From Chlorokybus atmophyticus (Eukaryota; Plantae; Mesostigma and Chlorokybus algae), in assembly GCA_009103225.1 (NCBI GenBank), contig RHPI01002438.1:238271-302270 (forward strand): a DNA stretch of 64,000 nt, read 5' to 3'. The translations under genes and the position numbers were made by a program. The number at the start of each line of letters is the position of its first letter. Position 1 is the stretch's first letter. Positions 52,483 to 62,376 of this stretch are shown piece after piece. The notes beneath the pieces are model-generated. The model was not told the origin of the DNA, did not search any database, and was given only the letters and a program-made list of their open reading frames with translations.

Positions 52483-55400
52483 GGGGGGGGGGCAATGCTG
52501 CGCAAATCGTTTGTCCTTAACACCATTGTGTACCAACCTGCAAGACGTCAGTTCCCTCTGAAGCCGTCATGCTCTATGCAACCACTGCATACAGTAGACG
52601 GGACGGCACATTTGTCACCGCGCAAGACTGTTCCTCATTCTCGCTGTGACAAATTTGTGAGCCACAGAGGGCATTGCACCAAGAAGAACTTTGTCAGCTA
52701 TTTGCGTCGCGATTTTGACAGGGTTGGAACTACTTACTCCGTAGATGAATACAGCTTGCAGCCCAGAAACCCCGGTGAAGCCTGGGATAACATCGTTGCC
52801 AATGCATGGTCCGCTCGAATCAAGATGCCTGTTCTTTCGCCTGGGCTAGGGGGATCCGTCAACTGCCTTGAGGAGCTGCGCATCATCGTGGAGAGTCCGG
52901 AAACTTATCAGGTTCACAGAATTTGGCTACAATTGAGCAAAGCATTCACAGGTGGGTCACTTCTACTGTACTTATCAATTTATAAACAGTTAATGGCGAG
53001 TGCGACTGCAGAGCATGCCAGCGCGAGAGAAAGCTCTATGTTCATGAAGAATCCAGGTATCGTAAGGCGATGGTTGAAGTGTTTGAGAGAACCGCCATCA
53101 GGCTTGATCAAGCCATTGGGTGAGCGGGGTGATCACAAATCGAACCTTGATGTGGTTGTCATGCAGTGTTTGGTGACCTGTGCCCTTTGGCATTTACTCT
53201 GGGATCGATTTATCGCAGATTGTGGTAAAAGAGGTGCTGGACACGATAGACGACCCTATTTTTCATATTCCCAATGCAGTGAACATGGAGCTGTTTTCAA
53301 TACATTGCGCGCTGATGCCAAGCTCAAAGGCAAGGTCATCATGCCTGGTCTTCACGGCATGGGTGGCACTGGGAAATTTGCACTTTCAATGGCGTTTTAC
53401 AACAGGCTGTACAGTGTATTTCCTAGTGGTGGCTGCTGCTTTATAGAGGTTGGCGCAAAAGACCAAAATGCAAGACTCGCAGAGGAAGAAAAGAGGCTTG
53501 TTAAGCTGCAACTACTAATGCTTAAACAGCTTACGGGGAATGAATTTTCAGAATAACACCAATACCATTGTTGGGAAGGCAAATCCAAAGAAACACTTGC
53601 AAGAGAAGAAAATGATGCTTGTTATCGATGACATCTGGAGTTATGATAAAAAAAAAGCTCTCCTCGGTCCTTTCAATCTGGGGGAGCCCAGCCCTGTACT
53701 GGGTCCTGGAAGTTCTGTTCTGGTGACCTCTCGTGACCGCAGCTTACAGAAGAGGCATGAGCAGCATGCGCTGGTGGAGGAAGTGGCAGTGCTCAAAGAA
53801 GAGCCTGCTAGAAAGCTGTTCTGCCAATGTGCCTTCAAATCGCATGTAGTGCCTGTGCAGCTGGAGCCTATCGTTAAAAAGGTCATCAATGCGTGCCAGG
53901 GCTTGGCCTCTCACGCTGGACGTGATGGGTCACTTCCTTGGCGAGTGCGACAATGCTGATGTGCAGTTTTGGCAATACGCACTTGATGAACTGCTACATG
54001 CAGGGGCGCTTGGAGGTACAGCAGATAATCAGTTGTGGACAAAGCTTGAGCTTAGCTACAGACATCTAGCGCCCGAGTTACAGGAATGTTTTTGGGCATC
54101 TGCAGCTACGCGTTGGGAAAGAATGAGGACAACATGCCTTTGTGTGGGGACCACGCACGTTGTACAATGTGAATTTCCTTGGGGAGAGGTCCCTCATTTG
54201 CTCGGAAGCAAGTGTTTGTTGGAGCGCTGATATTCTATTGCCGGCTCCTCGCATTACTATCTGTTCCGCATATGACCACTCCGCGAAATGGGACGAAGGA
54301 TCGCCAATGGTACTCCACTTAAGTATATCCACATGATCAAGGCTATGAAGCGACATGTTAGGAAAGTGCAATGCGTGTGTTCCAGTGCACCTTCATCTCG
54401 TGTTGCTTGCGTCTTGCAAGGTTTGCTGCGTACATTTAAAACTTGCAGTCTGAACGTGTATAATGGACTCTAAACATTGCTCACGTACTACATGGTTGAA
54501 TGCTGGGCCACGAGTTTGGCAAGACTATGTCTTGTGCTAGTGTCAACTGAAGGGAAACATCACCTGGCATGCCCTTCATGCCTCATCTGCACTTGTTAGA
54601 CCTTGGCACGAATTGATTGGTATGGCACATTTTACAAGAAGTCCTTGTAAAATGCTGGTCTCACTGCATTAGCCGCCTCCGCGCAGTTCAGCAATGAGCA
54701 CTTTTTGTCCAGTGCTGCGGCATGCATGAAGCTGGTCGTTCTGATTGTATGCATATTTTCGATGATGGCTCCAATCTGTGGACTCCACTGGAGGTTACTA
54801 GCCATTTTATGATGCAACCGGAGTCGTTTATCAAGCTCAATGCCATGTGAGACGCTGGTCCTAAGCGCGTGCGTCAGCTTGGAGGCGCTGCCGAAGGCGT
54901 TCTGCGAGCTTGTTGCTCTGCAAGAGTCGAACTTAAAAGGGTGCATCAGCTTGGCGGTGCTGCCAGAGTCATTTGGTAACCGTTCTGCTCTGCAAGAGCT
55001 GAACTTAATTGGGTTCGGCTTCTTAATGTGCGGAGATTGAACGACTCGGAGTGCGGCAGCTTGGCGTCGTTGTCGGAGTCTTTCGGCAGGCAGTACTTAC
55101 TAAGTAGTACTCTCAGTAGTACTCTGCAGAGATTAGACTTAAGCAAGTGCGGCAGATTGTTGGCATTGCCAAAGTCTTTCAATCGGCTCCAAGATTTGCA
55201 GAGGTTGAAACTTGAGAGAGCGCGACAGAATTGCGCCAAGCTGAGCTTGGTGGCACTGCAGGAGTCTTTTCGCGAGCTCTCTGCTCTGCAGACATTAGAC
55301 TTGATCTGATGCTTCAACTTGGTGGCGCTGCTGGAATCTTTCAGCAGGCTCAACCTGCAAGCATTGGACCTACATAGTGCTTCAGCTTGACCTTGCTGCC

Positions 55401-55997
55401 GGAGTTTTCTGGTAACCCTTCAGCCCTGAAAAACAAATCTGGACCTGAACTGGTGCGACAGATTGACACGCTGCCAGAATCTTTTGGTGAGCTCTTTGCT
55501 CTGCAGAAACTGTACTTGCTAATCTGCGGCAGCTTGGCGGCACTGCCGGAGTCTTTTAGTCACCTTCCTGCTCTGCAAGTGCTAAACCTGTGCGGGTGCG
55601 GCGGCTTAACCCTGATGCCGGCAACTGTAGGCAAGCTCGTTGCTTGGTGGGAGCTGAACTTACATGATTGCAGCAGTGGACCTGAGCTGGTGCGGCATTT
55701 TGGTGACCCTGGCGGAGTCGTTTGGTAACCTTTCAGCTCTTAAGACGCTGGTCTTAAGCGATAGCCTGGCGGCGCTACCGGAGTCTTTTGGCGAGCTCAC
55801 AGCTCTGCAGATACTGGACCTGAGTGGGTGCGACAGCTTGGCGTTGCTGCCGGAGTCTTTTGGTAACCTTTTTGCTCTACAAAAGCTGCAGTGGAGCGGG
55901 CGCGGCAGCTTGGTGGCGCTACCAGAGTCTTCGGCAAGCTTACTACGCTACACACACTGCACCTGAGCGGATGCCAAAGCTTGGCGCTACCGGAATC
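52483..55997 (+). pseudogene. TIR-NB-ARC-LRR (TNL-type NLR) gene, frameshifted
   Basis: TIR: DKFVSHRG..TKKNFVSYL...VDEYSL...ARIKMPVLS......NCLEEL (52645-52940). P-loop GMGGTGK (53356-53376), kinase-2 LVIDDIW, RNBS-B GSSVLVTSRD, GLPL-like ..PLTLDVMG and LELSYRHL. About 15 LRR units of the LPESFGNLxALQxLxLxGC type at about 72-nt spacing (54890-55997). Frameshifts at about 53545, 53905 and 54100 and several in the LRRs. Confidence 0.9.
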
Positions 55998-57135
55998 TGC
56001 TAGCAGGCTGCATCATAATGTTGTTGCTGTGTTGCAGGCGCAAGAGGTGTAGGCAATCGCCATATTGCTTGCGCGCATTAGTATCAATGCGCATGCTTAT
56101 GCAAGTCTCACATGCATGTTGCCTCTCACTCTCTAATGGGTGGAACACGTGCACATTCTTGTGTGGACATGACAATGTTTACATGTGTGTGGGCCTCTAT
56201 AGGCTTGATGAACTTATTATGCATGTTGACAAGTGCAAGGACGCACGTTCATCATGTCAACACGCAATCCGACCCCAACTACCCAACTGCAGCCGCCGAT
56301 GCAGCTTAATGCTCTTTGTAGTGCACATGAAGCGATTACGGTACAGAACGTACACCAACAACCGCAATGTGCATGCAAGATGTACCAACTTACATAAGCA
56401 ACTTGTAATATAATATGCGACTTAATTAATACATGGCTCAGATGGCAAAGCGATGTGATGATTATCAAGTAAGTTAAATCCTTCACGTTGACTCCTTTAA
56501 CCTGGGGACTTGACATGCTGAAGCCTTGAACAACGTGATGGTCAAGGCTCTCTCAAGGTCCATCATGCATTAGGCGATATAATATCGCGCCGGGTCGCTC
56601 CAAAAGGGCAAGTGCATCAATGCCATTCTATTGAGAACAACCAAGTGCAGGTGAATTTGTGCATAAGCGCGTGCATGAGCGTGTTCGCATGTGTGTTTGG
56701 AGAAATTCAACACGCGCGTGCGCATGTGTGTGTTTGTTAGCGTGCCCGCGCATTTAAACACTCACACACGCGCTCTCCCTCTCATGTGCGCACGCTTTGC
56801 ATCATGGAATCAACACCCCTGCGTCCCACCACAACCACTCTACTTACCTCATCACCCCACATTACCACAACAACCTCTTTCCCCAGGTTGGTCTCTTCAG
56901 CAACTCCACGGAACACCCACCCACCTCCGCGCCTGAGGGGAGCAGTGGGCCACTTTTCTCCCACGTCCTCGAGTGTAAGTGGACGGGCGAGAGAAGGGAA
57001 ACCCCCACCATCCTACGCCAGTATGTCGGCCTCACGCACGCCGGACGGGTGAGAGAGAGTGGTTGCATCACACGCATGTGGGGTTGAGGTAATGTTATCT
57101 CACCATGCAGCGACGCAGCAAGCGGCCGGTGGGTG

Positions 57136-57250
57136 ACCCTCGCTGTGGCGCGCCACGCTCTCTTTCCTCGTATGATGGACTTGCACTGCTTGCACCATCA
57201 TGAGAGCGGCTGTGCTAGCACTCTATCGCTTTGAATTCTTTCACCATTGG
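57136..57250 (+). pseudogene. Degenerate duplicate of the TMEM161 last exon
   Basis: tcgctgtggcgcgccacgctctctttcctcg...gctgtgctagcactctatcgctttg aligns with 49416-49510 (tcgctgtggcgcgccacactctctttcctcg...actgtgctagcactgtatcgctttg). Confidence 0.85.
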
Positions 57251-57557
57251 TTAACCAAGCTTTGACATGTCTACATAAGTTGAGCGTGCAGGTGTGCACG
57301 CTTGCGCGTGTGCATGTGTACAAACAGTGCGCCACGTCATTGTACATGCATGATGTCATGCACACGCGCAAGCGAGTGCAATAGAATACCATGTGTTCAC
57401 ATGTCAATTGCTAAGCACGAGTGCACATTCAAACAGAAGACATGTACTGCAGCGAGTGGTGTCTGGTAACAAGCAAAGAGGCACCCTCCAAAAGGCTGTT
57501 GCTGAAGCAGTTGCGCTAGTGTACAAGTAATGTGGTTTTTACTACACAGAATAACCG

Positions 57558-60015
57558 TTACGTCGGACAGGCAACTGGAACAAACGGCGAGACGGCCAGC
57601 GTTGAAGAAAAGAACTCTTGTACGGCTGCCGGGGAGGCGCCTTGGAAAGCAGAGTCCAGAAGTTGGTCAGAGAAGGTGTTGTAGATGTTGTTGGCACCCG
57701 CAGCTAAGTTGTTTTGACCTGCAAAGGAATGAAGCAAGTCACGCATGCGCCACAGTGTCAGTGTGTGGACATGTACTGCTGTCACATATATACCTTCTAG
57801 AAGGAAAGCAGTAGGCGGAAAGAAGGTGATGAAGGCGACGATGTCAAAGCCCACGTCAGGAGGAGAGTCGCACGGGCCGTAGAAGACTATTGGGTAGGCA
57901 GCTGGCACAATGACGACCTGGCCCGCGGTCAGCGTGCGGTTGAAGACCGGTATACCGCTGGGTGTTGCAAACTCAATCTGCACACGTCCCTGCAACACAC
58001 CCACACGTATATCAGTAGTTATTCAGTTGTTAAATCGCACCAACATCGTTGCCCTGCCCACCTTGTTGACGTACACCACGCGTGCGGCGTTGTTGATGTA
58101 GGCGTAAAAGATCATTGTGCGGGCGCCGGCGAGCACGCGGTTGAGAAGAACTCCCGGCGTGAAGGCGGTGGCGAAAGACACCGACTGGATGGAGTTGGTG
58201 ACGGGGTCGAAACGGCCGATGGGCGTCGTTGGAGGATCTGCGGAGAGGCACAGTCACGCGCACACGCACACACTCTTTGTGTGAGCATGTGTGGTGTTGT
58301 TTACAAGGTCAGCAGTTACGAGTGAGTTTACGCGCACTTCCTGCATGGCTGAAGATGTCAGTGAAGTTTGTCGAGCCAGCGATTGCCTTGGCCATTGGTG
58401 AACTGACAAGCTCTGGCAAAGCAGTTGTCACGTAGTTGTCGCTCACCGCCCCATTCAAAACCTGCAATGCGATCACGAGGTCAGTTCACAAAACACAATG
58501 ATAAGAGAACAACACTGCAAGCATGGTGGGTGACAACGTCATGCATGTTTCCATGTCGATATTTGGTTCCACCTCTTCCACGACGGTAAGTGAGACGTTG
58601 AAACCGGATTGAATCACGATGGGGCTGACGGCCTTCAGAACCGACCGGTGTCCACCCGTGAGCGTATCCCAGCGAAAGGGGAAGAAAACGGGATCGCGAG
58701 CACTGCAACACAAGACTGTAAGTGTGAATGTGCGCATGCACGTGTCTCGGTGCGCTTGTGCGTCCGCGTTTGTGTGCGCGCGCCCGCGCGTGTGTGTGCG
58801 CATTTGTGTACAAAGCATGCAATGCGGGTATGTCTGTGCGTCATGATGTGTGCTAGTGTATGCATGCGTCCGTGTGTGCTCGCATGTGTGCGTGCGCGTG
58901 TATACACATGTGCGCGTGTGTGCGTCGTGTGTGTGCGCCCATGTGTACAAACGTGGGTGCTGTGTGTGTGTCCGTGTACGCGTGATCAGATGCTACTCGT
59001 GACCTCCTTTGTAGAGATAATAGAGTTGCTAACCACGCAACCAGGGGCTTACACAGCAAATATGAGGAATTGCAGCGTCCCGCTGCCCGTGTTGACGAAG
59101 GAGAACACCGAGTCAGGCTGCAGGTACAGCGCGTCCAACGCAGTCACATCGCGCACCAGAAGAGGAAGACCAACGTTGTTGGCGAGCGCAGGGCGACCAG
59201 TGCCTGTGTTGGGTTACCAAGACTTGATGTTGTGTCGCACGAGGTTGCTGCACCGTCGCAAGCAAGCAACCTACTAACCTTGGAGGATGAACATGGCGAT
59301 CGTGGCGCCGGGGATGGATGTTGGCAGCAGCAGGCCCTGCGGGTTGAGCTCCACAAGCCAGGTGCCGGTCAGCGTCCTCGCTTGCTGCACCCAAGTGACA
59401 CACGAATGAGTCTTGAGCTTGAAATAAGCAGATGCTGCCTCTGCCTTTCCCATGCTCACTTGTGTCGGTGCAACCACACGCACTTGCTTGTGCTTAATGA
59501 TGGGGGGCCATGCTAAGTGACTTGCATGCGTGTGGCGGCGGTGATGTGATGCCTCGAGGACAGACTAAACCCCCAATCTTTATGCACAAGTGTAGCTCTA
59601 TCGTAATCTTGCAGCTGGCCAATCTTCATGCACCAGTGCATGCATCCAGCTAGTCAGGATTGGCCTAGGCTTTGCCATGGTTGTTCTGGATATTCTCACC
59701 TCCTCGCCCAGATGCATGACGCGGACCTGCCCTCCCGAGCCACTGAACTTATGGGAGGGCGCCTTGGCCCCGAGGTCCTACACGCACAATGCACATGCTT
59801 GCACATATGCATCACCTGCAAGCCTCCACATCTACCAGACACAGGACCACCACAGGGTCAATCCAACATATCCAGCACTCCACAACATCAACCTGGAAGA
59901 ACCGACTCCCTCTAGCGTAGTCATTGTCGTTGTCGCCGGCGCCGGCGATGACGTTCGCATGCAGAGAGAAGACGACCACGAGGAGGAAGAGGCGGAGCCG
60001 CAGGGCGGAAGCCAT
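57558..60015 (-). CDS. Secreted bicupin of the 11S/7S seed-storage-globulin structural type; 8 exons, intact
   Basis: Phase-consistent splicing gives MASALRLRLFLLVVVFSLHANVIAG (signal peptide)...DLGAKAPSHKFSGSGGQVRV.../VELNPQGLLLPTSIPGATIAMFILQG/TGR...LYLQPDSVFSFVNTGSGTLQFLIFAV/...LTGGHRSVLKAVSPIVIQSGFNVS.../...NNAARVVYVNK/GRVQIEFATPSGIPVFNRTLTAGQVVIVPAAY...FDIVAFITF.../LAAGANNIYNTFSDQLLDSAF...*. Confidence 0.85.
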
Positions 60016-62376
60016 CCCGAGGCTGATTGTGTATGCTATGCTGGTTCCGCATGCAAGCGCCACCAGTATGAGTACATGCTTGGGCGGACTTTCTATATAG
60101 GCCACGTATGCATGATGCACAGGTTGCGTGGCCTTGATTGTGAGCTTGTGAATTGTGGATCATCCGAGGCGGGGGGCTTGTTGTGCAGGCTGCCTTATTT
60201 CTCGGGTCCTTTCTTGATAACTTGTAAGGGGAGGCGCCCCATGCATATGCATAATCTTTTAATTAGCCGATTGTAAGATAGAGTACAGTACAGTCTGTAC
60301 CATGTAGTAGTACACCTGGGCCTTGGCGGCTTTGGCACTTGCCTTTTTCTGGCAATGGCACCACAGCAGCGTATACGCACACAGACCCTGCGTTGAACTT
60401 GACAGTCAGTCGAGCAATGAGTCAGTCTGGCTAGCCTCAATGCCTTCCTTGCTTCTGCTGCTGCCGTGAGTGTGCGCATTGATGTGTGCCGCATGTCGTA
60501 CACCACAACGTTACGACGAGTGCCAGGCCAGCTGGCGTTGCCACGTCGAGTGTGTGAATACGCAACACGCAACAAGCTCCGGTGTGCTCTCGCGGTTGGC
60601 CATCAAGAGTGTGAGACTTGGAGCGGCAGCACGGCACAGCACAGGAGGGGATGCATTGCGCACCAGAGCACACTACGGCTCCCAATGCCTCGTCAATGAA
60701 TGAAGTCGAGGGGTCAGGCATCGTACTCTGCACTCATGTCTCAATGCTGTCGTAACAGAATGCTCGTTGCGAGAGTGTTTCGCCGTTGAGCAGCGTTGGG
60801 AACGACAACCCCGAATGGCCCTGATGGCAACAAACGAGGATAGGTTCAGTGGATAGGTTGTCATAGAGTGTGAGATAGTCTCAACCGCAGTACGCAGTGC
60901 AATTCATCGCTATGATAGATTGTCATGAAATGTGGGATAATAACGTTCAATTCCCCGCAAGACTAGTGAGCTGTATCAGGTTGCATAGGGTGTAGTGGAC
61001 CTATTACCCAACGATTCAACGGATGCATACAACCCATACATTGCTTAATATAACGTACAATGTTGTGACATTATCATGCATAATAACTTTATGCAAAACC
61101 AAAGGGAACGGTCCGTAGTGTTGACGTCATCATGTTGATGGTGTAATAAAAAAATGAGCAGACCATAATTATTAACGACCGCTAGTAGCTTCTAGGGTTG
61201 ATAGCAGCTCCACAACTATTATTAGCATCCGTTTATTAGCTTATAGAGTTAATACCACTTAAAATCATTCAGCAGCACAACCATTGGCAGCAACTATTAA
61301 TAGCCATGATTATTAACACGGCTACTATTGTGTATAAAACACTTTGAGACCTCGGGGCGAATTGTTATGAGCTTTTTGTTATATATATATATAAAATGCA
61401 TGTAGACAACAAATAGACTTTGTGGCTAATAATTGATTGGATTCGATTTTGACTGACATACGTCGTGTATGAAAGAGAGGTGAACAATGAGTTTACGTGC
61501 GGTTTGGTTGCCATCAAACCATAAAGTATCAAGCGAGTTGCAATGCGCGCTGAACGGGCCGAAGTCAAGTTATTGTTGAATTTATTTAAAATTACGGGAT
61601 TAACCTGATAGTTGGAACTAATAATGCTAGCATTGTACCATAAGCTCTTGGTATTTTCAAGCTCAGTATTGTGTAAGGGGTATGCTTTGACGATCGTGCA
61701 TGACATGACTCGAGTGGTAAGGCTTTGTGATTGTCATCGAGCCAAGGGCATCTTACATCGAAAGGACCTCGAAGGTCTCTCTCAAGGTCCCAGCTACCAT
61801 CACGACCTCACCACAGCCATGCTGGTAAAGCGGGCACGAGTTAGTTCTACAACCCGGGCGCGCGCTGATCATGGTTCAGATCGTACGTACGTGCGTAGAC
61901 GTCACCCCGGCATCACGTGACCGCTGACGACGACGACCACCACAGCGACGACGACAACGGCGGCGGCGGCGGCGGCGGCGGCAGCAGCACAGCCCTGAGT
62001 TCGAAGGGAGCAATGGCGGTAGCAGGCTCTCGCAGGTTGTGGGTGGACGGCCGGCGCGAAAACCCATGAGACGCAGAGAATGCTTGCAGCAACATCTGAT
62101 TGATTGAAGGAGTAGTAGGGTTGGGCGGCCAGTAGCGGACTGCTACTTGGCAACTGCGACAATAGTGTGCTGATATCCCAGTTGCGTAAAGGAAACGCAA
62201 GCAGGCACCTTGGTAAAAAGCAAGCTGGAAGTCTCGTCAAGCAGTGGACAGCAAAAGAGGCAGAGAAGTGTTGCGTAGTAGAGCAAGAGATTGAGTAAAA
62301 CTGGTAAATAAGGGTCAAGCAGCTTGGTGCTATCTCCTCTAACAACAGTGTCTAACAATTTAGATAGCTGCGTGGT

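Noticed and set aside
51876-52561. ORFs spanning N-runs (also at 31198-32050, 40135-40674 and 62438-63665)
   Set aside because: They are artefacts of translating gaps as X; only the non-N parts were interpreted.
54890-55997. Regularly spaced repeats of about 72 nt that could be mistaken for a CRISPR array or minisatellite
   Set aside because: They are degenerate coding LRR units in a eukaryotic context, with no identical repeats separated by unique spacers.
57558-60015. Calling the cupin a germin/oxalate oxidase, or claiming an 11S Asn-Gly maturation site
   Set aside because: It has two cupin domains and no HxH...E ligands. The NG in VLNGA falls at the end of domain 1, not at the canonical NG-LEET position.
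60195-60900. Possible decayed retroelement endonuclease upstream of the bicupin
   Set aside because: Only vague resemblance in one frame, with stops in all frames; not supportable.
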